Shown in pieces: positions 1 to 10,691 of a DNA stretch of 64,000 bases (the stretch's first letter is position 1; every line of letters starts with the position of its first letter). The notes under the pieces are model-generated. The model did not search any database and had not been told where the DNA came from. It saw nothing but the letters and a program-made list of their open reading frames with translations. This DNA comes from Chamaesiphon sp. (lineage in GTDB: Bacteria; Cyanobacteriota; Cyanobacteriia; Cyanobacteriales; Chamaesiphonaceae), in NCBI GenBank assembly GCA_965246715.1, contig CBDFFH010000027.1:32001-96000 (forward strand). The letters are read 5' to 3'. The position numbers and the translations under genes were made by a program.

Positions 1-119
1 TCGCTCGGTTTTTGCATCTATGGTACGGAACTAGAGACATTTTCAAAAGCTGGATGCCTCTACGATGAGCATTTGATGACCTTGGCTCTTACACCACAAC
101 AGAGCTATTAGCTTTGTAG

Positions 120-274
120 CCCATATTCCGCACTTCGGAAAAGTAGTATGAAAAAAGCCTGATTTTACGTTGCGGCGATCGACAAGCTACTAGCATTTAC
201 AATCAGTAACATGGCTAAAATGTCGAGTCTTCGTATATTACTCTTCGATCGGAAATCGAAGTGCGGAATGTGGG
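120..274. mobile_element. 155-bp MITE with 18-bp terminal inverted repeats and 6-bp target duplication
   Basis: CCCATATTCCGCACTTCG (120-137) vs CGAAGTGCGGAATGTGGG (257-274), 17/18 complementary; TTGTAG on both flanks (114-119, 275-280); non-coding interior. Confidence 0.85.
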
Positions 275-276
275 TT

Positions 277-516
277 GTAGAGTGGGTAATGCTCACCGAC
301 TAGGTTTCAGGCATTGTCGATCGAGCTGAAGCTTATCTTTAATTAGTTGCCAAAATCCGCTCGTCATTTATTTATCAATTTTGATCGAGAGATTATTTCT
401 TTTATTCGATCGCCATTACCATCGTTGTCAATTTATTTGCTTTCATTGAGCTGATGATGGTGGGCAAATATTATCATTTCGATTGATTATTCTGGTGCTA
501 AGTTTGCCCACCCTAC
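277..516. repeat. GTAG-type REP-like repeat cluster (REPIN-like)
   Basis: GTAGAGTGGGTAATGCTCACC+CTAGGTTTCAGG at 277; GGTGGGCAAA 459-468; inverted head TTTGCCCACCCTAC 503-516; homologues at 2083 and 46122. Confidence 0.7.
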
Positions 517-533
517 GGTAGAGATGTTTTGCT

Positions 534-1955
534 TTACTCTCTTGTAGGTTCTTGAATCGGATATTCCCGATCTAGAACAGTAAACTTATTTGGATTTTTT
601 AAAATGTTAAATGCTTCAGCAACTTCTCTTACCCAAATATCATCTTGTTCTGTCCAATTTGTTACATCCAAGTATATAGCATCATGAGATCGACCTCCGT
701 TTTCAATGCCTGGTTCAGTAGCTATTCCGATAATATGCTGAGCATCAGGATACTTAAGCTTCACGCTCGAACAACAAGCTTCTAACAAATACCTGCGTTT
801 TTCTCGATATTCATCATAAGCCATCGAATCAAATTCTGGCAGCGTTAGGAAAACATAGTATGGTTCTTGAGGTGACGAGGCGCAAAGATACCGAGTTGCA
901 CGCATATTTCTTGGTGCTGACTGAATTATTCCCATAAGTCCCGCAACAAGATTTCTCCTCCGAAAACGTGGTTCTCGTGCCAAAAAACGGAGAAGTGGTT
1001 CTGTTCCTTGGACACCAGCATGAGTTGTAAAATACTCAGTACCTTCCACTACATGATTACTGAATTCTTCAATCAACCGATCCCATCCGTAACTGATTCT
1101 GTCCGCCAAAATTTGAGCTTTTCGTTCGGGGCTTTCAGTGAATTCTTCCCAATAACCCTCGTCAAAAAAAAGATAATTTATTTGCTCGCTCTCATTAGAC
1201 AGAATGACGAAATCATGCTCATCATTCTCATTCATATGCAGAAGGTAATAAGCTAGTAAATCTTCTTCTCCTGCGGCAAAAATAGTCGTGTCCGATCTAA
1301 TTAGTTTCTCTTTTTTATCTAAATAAGAAACAAAATCAGAAATAGTATCTAATGTGTTCAAAACAATATCCAGAGACGTATCATCGAGAACGTGAACAAA
1401 TGTTCGACTTGGATCGATATCTCCAATGCAAAATGGAATACCTCCATTTGCCCCCATGTAATGATTCACCGCGCCTTTAATAGAAGAATTAATCATAAGA
1501 CTTCCGCTACCATTAAATTCTTGTTGGCAGCGTAAGGAATTACCATGTGCAACAACAATTAAGTGAAACTTCGCTGTCGATAAATCTGGGATATCGATAG
1601 GAAAAGGTGAAGTACATGAACGATCTAAAAAAAGACGATTTCTGTGTTGCCCAATCCATCTTTCAGCTCCCCAAACTTGATCTGCTGATTTCTGCACTGT
1701 TTTCTTGAACCATCTATTCCAGTCAATCTCAAGCCGAGCGCTATTAGGAAATTGGCAATCTTTGTCTGAAAAAATAATGATGTGGTTTTCAAATATCACC
1801 AATAAGTCGCATACCTCTTTCCCCTCTGTTTTCTTGCTTAAATCTTGGTCTCTATATATTCCTGGATAACTCCAAAGTGATAAAAAAGTGCGGTCGCAAA
1901 GATGCTTTAGGTAGCATTCTGATTCGGTAACACCGTCAGCTCGCTTGATAGGCAT
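534..1955 (-). CDS. Hypothetical protein with possible NERD/PD-(D/E)XK-like nuclease N-terminal domain
   Basis: 473 aa from ATG 1955 (the ORF-track extension to 2105 runs through repeats); motif EVCDLLV..IIIFSDK; AT-rich. Confidence 0.6.
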   Translation of the reverse strand: MPIKRADGVTESECYLKHLCDRTFLSLWSYPGIYRDQDLSKKTEGKEVCDLLVIFENHIIIFSDKDCQFPNSARLEIDWNRWFKKTVQKSADQVWGAERWIGQHRNRLFLDRSCTSPFPIDIPDLSTAKFHLIVVAHGNSLRCQQEFNGSGSLMINSSIKGAVNHYMGANGGIPFCIGDIDPSRTFVHVLDDTSLDIVLNTLDTISDFVSYLDKKEKLIRSDTTIFAAGEEDLLAYYLLHMNENDEHDFVILSNESEQINYLFFDEGYWEEFTESPERKAQILADRISYGWDRLIEEFSNHVVEGTEYFTTHAGVQGTEPLLRFLAREPRFRRRNLVAGLMGIIQSAPRNMRATRYLCASSPQEPYYVFLTLPEFDSMAYDEYREKRRYLLEACCSSVKLKYPDAQHIIGIATEPGIENGGRSHDAIYLDVTNWTEQDDIWVREVAEAFNILKNPNKFTVLDREYPIQEPTRE

Positions 1956-1978
1956 AATAGGTAAGTCAAGTAGAGGTA

Positions 1979-2083
1979 GTGGCTTGACCAGACTAAAATT
2001 GTGGGTAAAGATCTCGCTCAAAATATTACTGATTGTATTTTTCAGAGTTCTGAATGCCCACAATTTTAGTCTGGTCGTCCCAG
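1979..2083. mobile_element. ~105-bp MITE flanked by TA dinucleotides
   Basis: Perfect 20-bp IR GACCAGACTAAAATTGTGGG (1986-2005)/(2057-2076), imperfect extension to flanking TA; homologue at 46012-46110. Confidence 0.75.
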
Positions 2084-2167
2084 TAGGGTGGGCACTACCC
2101 ACCAACTAGGTTTCAGGTATTCTCGATCGATATAAAACTAATGTTTAGTTGCTAAAACTCGATCGCT
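2083..2167 (+). repeat. GTAG-type REP-like repeat plus conserved tail
   Basis: GTAGGGTGGGCACTACCCACC AACTAGGTTTCAGG...TTAGTTGC, similar to 277-365. Confidence 0.7.
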
Positions 2168-2290
2168 AATTAGCCGATCGATGATTTGCAGACGATCGCT
2201 AGCTTCAGTGTGGTGGATCGAACCTCTACAGCTTACCTTACTGTCAAATCGATCGATAATGGAGATCTGATGTTTATCTGTTACTTGCTT

Positions 2291-4358
2291 ATGCAACCGC
2301 CTCACGCAGCCAAGCTAGCTCACCAGATTGAGATTCACGGGGACACGATCGTCGATGACTATTTCTGGCTCCGCGATCGAGATAATCCGCAAGTGATGGC
2401 ATATCTTAATGCAGAGAATGAGTATACAGAGCAAATATTAGCACCACACGCCGAATTGCGGGAGAGTCTATTCCAAGAGCTAAAAGCGCGAGTCAAACAG
2501 GATGATAACAGTGTCCCCGTCAAAAAAGATGGTTATTACTATTACTCCAGAGTTGCTGCGGGTCAGCAATACACCATTCATTGCCGCAAGCAAGGCGATC
2601 TAACTAGTCCTGAAGAAATCATCCTGGATGAAAATCAGATTGCTGAAGGTCAGCCTTATTTTCAGCTTGGTACATTTAGCATCAGTCCCAACCACCAACT
2701 CCTGGCATATTCCGAAGATACCGATGGCTCGGAGACATATACACTCCGAATTAAAAATCTGGAGACAGGCGAGCTATTGCCAGAATCAATTGCCAATACT
2801 TACTACTCGTTAGAGTGGGTAAACGATAATCGGACTTTCTATTACACCGTTTTGGACGAAAATTTGCGCCCTTATCGGCTCTATCGGCACACAGTCGGAC
2901 AGCCTGTCGAGCGCGATGAGCTAATTTATGAAGAACGGGATGCACAGTTTTTTGTCGGTTGCGACAAATCCCGCGACGATCGCTATATCTTTTTAAACAC
3001 TAACGGCAAAATCACCAGCGAAGCATATTTTGTCTCAGCCGACACTCCGCAGGATACTTTTAAGCTCGTTACACCTCGTCAGAAAGGGCATGAGTATAGC
3101 GTCATCCATCATCAGGGCTATTTCTACATTCTCACCAATAACAACGCACAGAACTTCCGGATCGTGAGGACGCTGGTAGCGCAACCACAGCAACAGCATT
3201 GGGAGGAGTATATTCCTCACGATCCCGATCGCTTACTTGAAGGAATTGATGAGTTTAAAGATTACTTCATTATTAGCGAACGCTATCGGGGTTTAGGCCA
3301 ATTGCGGGCAATTGAGATCCAGAGTCAAACATCACATTATCTGGAATTCGACGATTCTACTTATCTGGTGTTTGGGGCGGCTAATTGGGAATACGACACG
3401 CAGACATTCCGCTTTGGCTATACATCTCTAGTCTCACCGATGACGGTATTCGAGTACGATCTGCGTTCGCTAAGCGTCGGCTCTGCCGAATCGCGAACGC
3501 AGACAATTCTCAAGCAAAATGAGATTCCTGGGGGTTACGATCCCAGCCAGTACCATTCAGAGCGAATTTTTGCGCGTTCTCACGATGGTGTGGAAGTGCC
3601 GATCTCGATCGTTTATCGTCGAGACTTTCAGCGCCATGGCACAGCTCCACTCTCTCTATGGCTACGGCTCCTACGGTGCGAGCTTAGATCCGGGCTTTTC
3701 TACCAATCGACTCAGTTTACTCGATCGCGGCTTTATCTACGCGATCGCCCATATTCGTGGTGGTTCGGAGTTGGGGCGACACTGGTATGAGTCGGGTAAG
3801 TTCTTGCAGAAAAAGAACACCTTTTTGGACTTTGTGGCTTGTGCCGAACATCTGATTGCCGAAAAGTATACCAGCGCGGGCAATATTGCCATTGCGGGTG
3901 GTAGTGCGGGTGGGTTGCTAGTCGGGGCGACGATTAATCTCAAACCCGAACTATTCAAGGCGGCGATCGCTCAAGTACCATTTGTCGATGTGCTGAATAC
4001 GATGCTGAATGCCAATTTGCCCCTGACGCAGTTAGAGTACGACGAGTGGGGCAATCCCGCCGATGAGGAGTTTTACCGCTATATTCACTCCTATTCCCCT
4101 TACGATAATGTCGAAGCTAAAGCTTACCCACACCTACTAATTACGGCGGGGTTGAACGATCCGCGCGTGACTTATTGGGAGCCTGCCAAGTGGACGGCAA
4201 AATTGCGAGATCTCAAAACTGATGAGAATTTACTCCTGCTCAAAACCAATCTGGATTCTGGACACGGTGGCGCATCGGGACGTTATGAATATCTCAAGGA
4301 TATCGCTTTGGAATATACTTTTTTACTTACTGTTTTTGAGAAAGTGAGCAATGTTTAA
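2291..4358 (+). pseudogene. ptrB: Oligopeptidase B (S9A), frameshifted near 3650-3657
   Basis: DDYFWLRD N-terminus in one frame; GYGSYG, HIRGG, GGSAGG, DPRV, GHGG in a second frame; the switch lies in a CTCTCTCT run. Confidence 0.85.
3466..3489 (+). mobile_element. 24-nt small dispersed repeat inserted in HIP1
   Basis: GCG[TTCGCTAAGCGTCGGCTCTGCCGA]ATCGC; removal restores GCGATCGC; adds 8 codons to ptrB. Confidence 0.8.
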
Positions 4359-4377
4359 ATTAATTGAGAATTGCAGA

Positions 4378-4414
4378 TGCGCTATACCGTCGGGTTCCCC
4401 GACGGTATAGCGCA
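4378..4414. terminator. Perfect 17-bp hairpin between convergent genes
   Basis: TGCGCTATACCGTCGGG-TTC-CCCGACGGTATAGCGCA. Confidence 0.6.
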
Positions 4415-4486
4415 CCAAGCAGAGAATTGGGTTGTTAGGATGGGGACTAGCCAGGAGCAGCATGGCCGATTTTGAAATCTAGTCCT

Positions 4487-6064
4487 TTACTGTTGCCGAT
4501 TTTCGCCTAACATCACAGCCGCGATCGCAGCACTGGCAACTGCTAATCCCGCCGCAATCCACATCACCCAACGGAAACCATCGACAAATGCCAGCGCGAT
4601 CGCCGACCGCAGTGCGGCACTTGCATTAATACTCAAGCCTGGAGGCACTGCTGCCGCCGCTAAGTTGATGCGCTGGGTATCGAGAAATTGTCGGGCTGGT
4701 ACGGACAGATCGAGTGAGATAATGCTGCGATCTAAGCTGGCGTTGAAAATATTGGCGACGATAATGCCCAAAACCGCGATCGCCACCAAACCAGCAATGC
4801 GGGAAACGGCGTTATTAATGCCCGAAGCTGCGCCTGCATAGCGCACTTCCACAGCCGCCATCACAGTGGTGGTCAGCGGTGCCACACAGATCGCCATCCC
4901 CAAACCCAGCACGATGACTGCCGGAAAAAATGTCGTCCAATAGCTGCCGCCGATGCTCGGTACACTCATCAAAGCCAGTCCCACCGCCGCAATCGTCGGG
5001 CCGACAACGAGCGGTTTTCTGGCACCATAGCGATCGACCAACCCACCAGACCATCGCGACAGCAAAAACATCAAAATTGGAAACGGCACCAGTGCTGCAC
5101 CCGCCGCTGTCGGCGAGTAGTGCTGCACTTGAATTAAATTAAATGGCAGAAAAAATAACGCTCCCGCCAGTGCCGCATACAGCAAGAGCGTGAGCAGATT
5201 GGCACCGCTGAAGGTGCGAGAACGAAATAATTGCAACGGCACCATCGGTGCTGCCAGATGGGATTCGATCGTTATAAATGCACCCAAACAGATCGTACCG
5301 AGGGCGATCGCACTCCAGACTCGGAAATTGCCAAAGCCCTGGCTGGAGGATTCAATCAGTCCGTACACCACGCCGCCCAAACCAACTACTGCTAATACTG
5401 CGCCTACCCAATCCAGTTTTGAAGATGCCTCTGGGTTGCGGCTTTCTGGTACCTGCCATAGACTCACAGCCAGCACGATCGCCGCTAACGGCACATTAAT
5501 GAAAAATAGCCAGTGCCAAGAAGCATGTTCGATTAACCAGCCGCCGAGTACTGGCCCAATCGCGGAGGTCATCGCTGTAAAGCCAGACCAAACCCCAATC
5601 GCCCTACCGCGTCGCTCTGGTGGAAACGCCGCGCTAATAATTGCCAAACTGCCAGGAATGAGTAAAGCACCACCGATACCTTGTAACGATCGCGCCCAAA
5701 TCAGTTGCTGCACATTGGGCGATAACCCGCACCAGACGGATGCTAGGGTGAATAAGCTTACCCCGATCGTGAAGATCCGCCGCCGTCCAAAGCGATCGCC
5801 CAAAGCACCACCAACGAGAATTAAGGCAGCGACAAACAGCGCGTAGGACTCGACCACCCACTGGACATCAGTAGCTGTCGCGCCAAGTTCGGTTTGGAGA
5901 GTGGGCAGGGCAACATTGACGATCGTGCTATCGATCGAAGCCATACTAGAGCCGAGAATTGTAGCGACCAAGACCCATACCTGGGCACTGGGAGCGCAAG
6001 GGGTCACACAAGGTTGAGAGCGGATCGCACCTTCATCGCAAGGCTGTTTGATGATGTTGGTCAT
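4487..6064 (-). CDS. MFS transporter, DHA2 (EmrB/QacA-like)
   Basis: DSTIVNVALP, GALGDRFGRRR, WLFFINVP; many hydrophobic segments. Confidence 0.9.
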   Translation of the reverse strand: MTNIIKQPCDEGAIRSQPCVTPCAPSAQVWVLVATILGSSMASIDSTIVNVALPTLQTELGATATDVQWVVESYALFVAALILVGGALGDRFGRRRIFTIGVSLFTLASVWCGLSPNVQQLIWARSLQGIGGALLIPGSLAIISAAFPPERRGRAIGVWSGFTAMTSAIGPVLGGWLIEHASWHWLFFINVPLAAIVLAVSLWQVPESRNPEASSKLDWVGAVLAVVGLGGVVYGLIESSSQGFGNFRVWSAIALGTICLGAFITIESHLAAPMVPLQLFRSRTFSGANLLTLLLYAALAGALFFLPFNLIQVQHYSPTAAGAALVPFPILMFLLSRWSGGLVDRYGARKPLVVGPTIAAVGLALMSVPSIGGSYWTTFFPAVIVLGLGMAICVAPLTTTVMAAVEVRYAGAASGINNAVSRIAGLVAIAVLGIIVANIFNASLDRSIISLDLSVPARQFLDTQRINLAAAAVPPGLSINASAALRSAIALAFVDGFRWVMWIAAGLAVASAAIAAVMLGENRQQ

Positions 6065-6324
6065 TAGATAAAGGTTTTATCGACATAGCACCATTGCCAA
6101 TCTTCATCTGGCTCGATCGATCTCACAATGGGATGTTCGCTAGTGTGAAAGTGTTTGGTGGCATGTTTATTCTTGGACGAATCACAACAAGCGACGTGTC
6201 CGCAAGTTAGGCACTCGCGCAGATGTACCCAAGTGTCGCCCATTGCGAGACATTCTTCGCAGCCATTGGTGCTGCTGGGTGTGACTTGACGAATTTGGTC
6301 GAGATGGGTGCAAGGTGTACTCAT
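6064..6324 (-). CDS. Stand-alone UBP-type zinc finger protein
   Basis: CTH..CEEC..WVHLRECLTCGHVACCDSS..HATKHF..H; start MSTPCTHL; stop overlaps MFS start. Confidence 0.85.
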   Translation of the reverse strand: MSTPCTHLDQIRQVTPSSTNGCEECLAMGDTWVHLRECLTCGHVACCDSSKNKHATKHFHTSEHPIVRSIEPDEDWQWCYVDKTFI

Positions 6325-6490
6325 TGATGTTTGCTCCACATAAATTAAGTCGATTGGCAATACCGATCGCCATGTCATACTTCAAATTATAACTAGCCAC
6401 CTATCGATCTCAGGAATTCAGCCCCGTCGCACCCACAACCCAAGCAGATCGGTCTCAAAGTAATCTATTCGCAAATAATTGTGGTAAATT

Positions 6491-6946
6491 TTACCCTTCG
6501 ATGCGATCGACCACACTCAAGCAGGTTTGAGTCAAATCTAGTACGTGCCGAATGGCTAAAGCTCGATCGGTGTCTGAATACTTACCAATGGTAAGGCGCA
6601 GTTCATTTGCAAATAAACCGTAGATTGCGCCAAGACTTTGAAATACTTTGGGAGTCGCAGCTACCAAGATACCGCGTCTGTCATTGGGATCGCGCATCCG
6701 CTCGACTAATCCCTTTATTTCCAAGCGATCGATGAGTGCAGTAACGCTACCAGTGGTCAAGTCCAGAGCTGTGGCGATATAAGTCGGCGTAACCGAACCA
6801 TGTTCGAGCAAATTGAGGCAGCGTAGATCGTTGCGAGCGATAGCAAGACTGTTAGCCGCTGCATGGTCTAGCCGATCGATTGCCGAGTGCAATTGACGGC
6901 AAGCCGCAACAATATCTACACCATCCTCAACGATCTGCTCTTCCAT
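6491..6946 (-). CDS. MarR family regulator
   Basis: GSVTALIDRLE..GLVER..DPNDRR. Confidence 0.9.
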   Translation of the reverse strand: MEEQIVEDGVDIVAACRQLHSAIDRLDHAAANSLAIARNDLRCLNLLEHGSVTPTYIATALDLTTGSVTALIDRLEIKGLVERMRDPNDRRGILVAATPKVFQSLGAIYGLFANELRLTIGKYSDTDRALAIRHVLDLTQTCLSVVDRIEG

Positions 6947-7082
6947 AGTAAATTCCTAAATCGTAGCTCAAAAGACATCGCGAATCGCAGACTCAATATT
7001 AGCTTGATTGACAAGTTACTTGATTATTTATATTCTAGATGAACGAGGTTTATCATGCAACTCATCATTTAAGGAATCAGTC

Positions 7083-7655
7083 ATGGAGCTATTAACCATT
7101 ATCTTAGGCATTGCAGTAGCGATCGCCGTTGTTGTTTTTCTCACTCCCAAGTTTGTTAAGTACACAGAAGAAATTACGATCGATGCTGCTGCTTCACAAG
7201 TTTACGACCATATTCGGTTCCAAAAAGACTTGATGCGCTGGTCGGCTTGGCCGAGCGTAACTGGATCGACCTGTGAATGCCAGCAGGAAGATGGTGGCGT
7301 TGGTGCTCAAACAGTGTTTTTTGGCAAAGACGGCAAACGGAGCGGACATCAGGAAGTCACTGCGATATCTGAAAATAAAAGTGTCGATTTTGAACTCTTC
7401 GGTGGTGGTCCGCCTCACAAAGCTAAGATGCAGTTTGAATTGATACCGATAAACGCGACGCGCACAAAAGTGCTATTGCACTTCAATAACGAGATTATGC
7501 CTCCTTTCAATCTGATACTCAGACTTGTTGGCGTTGTGAGTTGGACGCGTAAAATGCACCAAAAAGATTTAGATGGTCTAAAAAGATTTTCAGAACCACC
7601 GTTCCAAACTTACACTGGGCAACCTGTATCAATTTCTGGTACGACTCGATCGTGA
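7083..7655 (+). CDS. SRPBCC/polyketide cyclase-like protein with N-terminal membrane anchor
   Basis: Hydrophobic N-terminus, ITIDA..VY, WSAW, DLDGLK; divergent from marR. Confidence 0.7.
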   Translation: MELLTIILGIAVAIAVVVFLTPKFVKYTEEITIDAAASQVYDHIRFQKDLMRWSAWPSVTGSTCECQQEDGGVGAQTVFFGKDGKRSGHQEVTAISENKSVDFELFGGGPPHKAKMQFELIPINATRTKVLLHFNNEIMPPFNLILRLVGVVSWTRKMHQKDLDGLKRFSEPPFQTYTGQPVSISGTTRS

Positions 7656-7850
7656 GTATTTACCGAATCCCACGTCGCACCTATAACCCAAGCAGATCGA
7701 TCGGTTTAGTCTGGCGAACGGGACAGGATAACGATACGGTGAAAGCTTTCTGTACATTTGCTGCCAGTCATCATTGGTAACGCGATCGAGTCAATAAATA
7801 ATTATTGAAACTCGATCGGTTGATTGATGGCATCCAGAAAATTGTCAGAT

Positions 7851-8597
7851 TCAGAGTTGACCGATCCCACCATCGACGGCAATTTCAGCACCCAAAATAT
7901 AAGCGGAATCTGACGTACTTAGAAACAAGACTGCTTTGGCAATTTCTTCAGGAGTACCAAATCGTTTCATCGGGATTTGAGCGATGAATTTCTGTGCATT
8001 TGCTTCGAGAGCTGCTGGAGATAAACCAGTTCGACTGTGAAAAGGGGTGGCGATCGCACCTGGACTAACCGTATTCACGCGGATACCTCGATCGATTAGC
8101 TCCGCAGCAAATGTTCTAGCTAGCGATCTTACTGCTGCTTTACTGGCTGATACAACGCTGGTACCTGGAAGACCGAGACTACCGATAAAAGAAGTATTGA
8201 GGACAATGACAGCATTGTCATTAAGATGCGTTAGAGCCTTTTGAACTGTGAAATAGAGTCCTTTGAGATTGATTGAAAAGACTTCATCATAGATTGCTTC
8301 AGTCGTATCTGTTAGTGATGTAAATCTGCCAATCCCAGCATTTGCAAACAAGACATCGATTTTACCCACCTTTTCAGCGATCGAGTGGTAAAGTCGATCG
8401 ATCTGTTCCAGATTTGCGACATCTGTTTGCAGTGCTAATACATCTCCACCAATTGTTGAAGCTGCGTTATTGAGAGTATCGAGATCGCGTCCAACAATAA
8501 TAACCTTAGCCCCTTCTTGGCTAAATAGTTTCGCAGTTGCTAATCCAATCCCACTATTTCCACCTGTCACCAGCGCAACTTTTCCAGCTAATTTCAT
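7851..8597 (-). CDS. SDR oxidoreductase
   Basis: TGGNSGIG, ANAG, SVVSASK (catalytic Tyr position is Val). Confidence 0.9.
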   Translation of the reverse strand: MKLAGKVALVTGGNSGIGLATAKLFSQEGAKVIIVGRDLDTLNNAASTIGGDVLALQTDVANLEQIDRLYHSIAEKVGKIDVLFANAGIGRFTSLTDTTEAIYDEVFSINLKGLYFTVQKALTHLNDNAVIVLNTSFIGSLGLPGTSVVSASKAAVRSLARTFAAELIDRGIRVNTVSPGAIATPFHSRTGLSPAALEANAQKFIAQIPMKRFGTPEEIAKAVLFLSTSDSAYILGAEIAVDGGIGQL

Positions 8598-8733
8598 AAG
8601 ATTTCCTCTAGTATTTGTCTCGATCGAACATTTCTCAATCAAAGCACGATCTACCTCCCAAATGGAAGTATTTACCAAAAAGTGCGATACTTACCAAATA
8701 GTGAAAATAGTTAATTTACAAGGCTTTAGAAGC

Positions 8734-9144
8734 ATGAATAGCACGACGCTCCAACAGGCAAGACAGGCTCTCAACCAAAAACAGGTGTTTAATTCCACCT
8801 GTGTAGTCCCGCGCGTCCTCGACCATATTGGTAGTAAGTGGGCTATTTTGATTATTTACGCGCTCTCGCAGGGTACGAAGCGATATAGCCAGCTCCAGCG
8901 GCAAATTGAAGGTGTATCGCCAAAAATGTTGATTCAAAATTTGCGGAAGCTGGAAGCTTGTGGTTTGGTCGGACGGATCGTGCATCCAGTCGTGCCGCCA
9001 CAAGTGGATTATTTCTTAACTCCGCTGGGTGAAACGTTAGTCGATCCATTGGCAATGCTTTATGAGTGGGCTGAAAATCATATCCATGAATTCAACCAAA
9101 CTAATGCAAAGGACGAGAGTAATCTTACTCCCCTATCTTCTTAA
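8734..9144 (+). CDS. HxlR family regulator
   Basis: IGSKW, SPKML, VPPQVDYFLT. Confidence 0.9.
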   Translation: MNSTTLQQARQALNQKQVFNSTCVVPRVLDHIGSKWAILIIYALSQGTKRYSQLQRQIEGVSPKMLIQNLRKLEACGLVGRIVHPVVPPQVDYFLTPLGETLVDPLAMLYEWAENHIHEFNQTNAKDESNLTPLSS

Positions 9145-9217
9145 ACAAATCGAAACTGGCGGATAATAAATACAATGAATTCTCGATCGTGGCATCTCTT
9201 GTTGCCAGCGATCGATC

Positions 9218-9994
9218 TCAGGAATTACGTCCCGCCATCACACCACCATCCACATTCCAGGTCGCACCTGTAACCCACGCAGATCGATCGGACAGTAAGA
9301 ACGCGATCGTCTCTGCCACATCAACGGGTTGCCCGATCCGTCCGATGGGATGAAAATTATTGAAGCCCTGTAAGGTAGTGTGGATATCTTCTGGCTGGAT
9401 AAACGCTCCATAAATTGGCGTTTCGACGACAGCAGGAGCCACAGCATTGACCCGAATTTGGTACTGAGCCAGTTCCATTGCTAAGTGCTGGGTGAGCGAG
9501 TGTAAACCTGCCTTCGCCATCGAGTAAGCTGAGGATGGAGTCGCGAGTATCGCTTGATGTGCCCACATCGATCCCACATTGACAATCGCACCGCCATGTT
9601 GCTGTTGCACCATATTCCGCACGACCTGCTGTGTAGCAAAAAAGGTGCCATGATTGAGATTGAGATAGCGATCGTAGTCGGCTTCTGAGTGTTCGAGAAA
9701 TGACTTGGGTTGAAAAACACCCGCAGTATTGACGAGATAGCGAACATGCGGGAGTTCGGCTGCAATACGATCGATTAGTCGAGACGTATCTTGACGATCG
9801 CTGATATCTACTTGCCAGATATGGATCTTACCGCGATCTTCGAGATCGGCTGCTGTGGCTTGAAGTTCGTCGAGATTGCGTCCGACGATCGTGACGTTCG
9901 CCCCCTGCGCGAGTAAAATTTCGACAACCGATCGTCCGATCCCACCGCTACCACCGATAATGAGAGCTTGTTGCTGCTTAAATTCTGAGTACAT
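9218..9994 (-). CDS. SDR oxidoreductase
   Basis: GGSGGIG, YSMAK, VDGG. Confidence 0.9.
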   Translation of the reverse strand: MYSEFKQQQALIIGGSGGIGRSVVEILLAQGANVTIVGRNLDELQATAADLEDRGKIHIWQVDISDRQDTSRLIDRIAAELPHVRYLVNTAGVFQPKSFLEHSEADYDRYLNLNHGTFFATQQVVRNMVQQQHGGAIVNVGSMWAHQAILATPSSAYSMAKAGLHSLTQHLAMELAQYQIRVNAVAPAVVETPIYGAFIQPEDIHTTLQGFNNFHPIGRIGQPVDVAETIAFLLSDRSAWVTGATWNVDGGVMAGRNS

Positions 9995-10142
9995 GATAAT
10001 TTCCTGGTTGAGAAGATCGATCTTGATGGCAGCAGTATCATAATCAACTCAGATAGATTAGAAAAGTAAGCACTTTCCGGTGAGGTACGCACTTTTTGGT
10101 AGCAATTAAGGTAGGAAGCGAACAAAATTTTGAGTTGGACAA

Positions 10143-10538
10143 ATGGATATTGTAAAGCTAGATAAAGCACCTTCAGCAGCAGCAATGGTGGAGTATATCG
10201 TCGGTTGTAAGTGGTCGATTCGCATTTTGACCTCGATCCGTCAAGGGGTGGATCGCCCTGGTGCCATCACGAGATCGATCGATGGACTGACGACTAAAGT
10301 TCAGGGAGATTGCTTGAGCAAAATGGTGGGGTTTGGGATTTTGAAAAGGATCGCTTACGGAGAGATTCCGCCACGAGTGGAGTACAAACTCACCAATTTT
10401 GGGCAACGTTTCATCTCGATTTTGGATGCAGTCGCACAATTACAGCAAGAGATCGATGCTGCCAGTCAGCAGCCGAGTGAGGAAATGGGAGCGGTTGAAT
10501 TCGATTCTCAGCCGTCTTCAAACACTTACTCTCGATAG
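10143..10538 (+). CDS. HxlR family regulator
   Basis: VGCKW, PPRVEYKLT. Confidence 0.85.
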   Translation: MDIVKLDKAPSAAAMVEYIVGCKWSIRILTSIRQGVDRPGAITRSIDGLTTKVQGDCLSKMVGFGILKRIAYGEIPPRVEYKLTNFGQRFISILDAVAQLQQEIDAASQQPSEEMGAVEFDSQPSSNTYSR

Positions 10539-10639
10539 TTCGATCGAGAACTCGAACTAAAATTGTAGCTACTCGCTCGAATGATAGATACGCCATGCAG
10601 CGATCTAACTTAGTTCTCCGACCAAATCCCATCAATTCG

Positions 10640-10690
10640 CTAGTTACCAATCTCAATTAGAATCCCATTCAGGTCGCGCATATATGCTAA
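10640..10690 (-). pseudogene. 3' remnant of a VOC/glyoxalase gene
   Basis: Reads LAYMRDLNGILIEIGN*, paralogous to VAYVRDVDGILIEIGN of the 11642 gene. Confidence 0.75.
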
Positions 10691-10691
10691 C

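Noticed and set aside
1..68. Possible ParE/RelE-like C-terminus (ARFLHLWYGTRDIF)
   Set aside because: Too short and cut by the window edge.
1956..2105. N-terminal 50 aa of the ORF-track 523-aa protein
   Set aside because: It runs through a MITE and a REP repeat; the real start is probably ATG 1955.
4815..5861. Antisense and alternate-frame ORFs here and throughout the track
   Set aside because: Shadows of well-supported genes.
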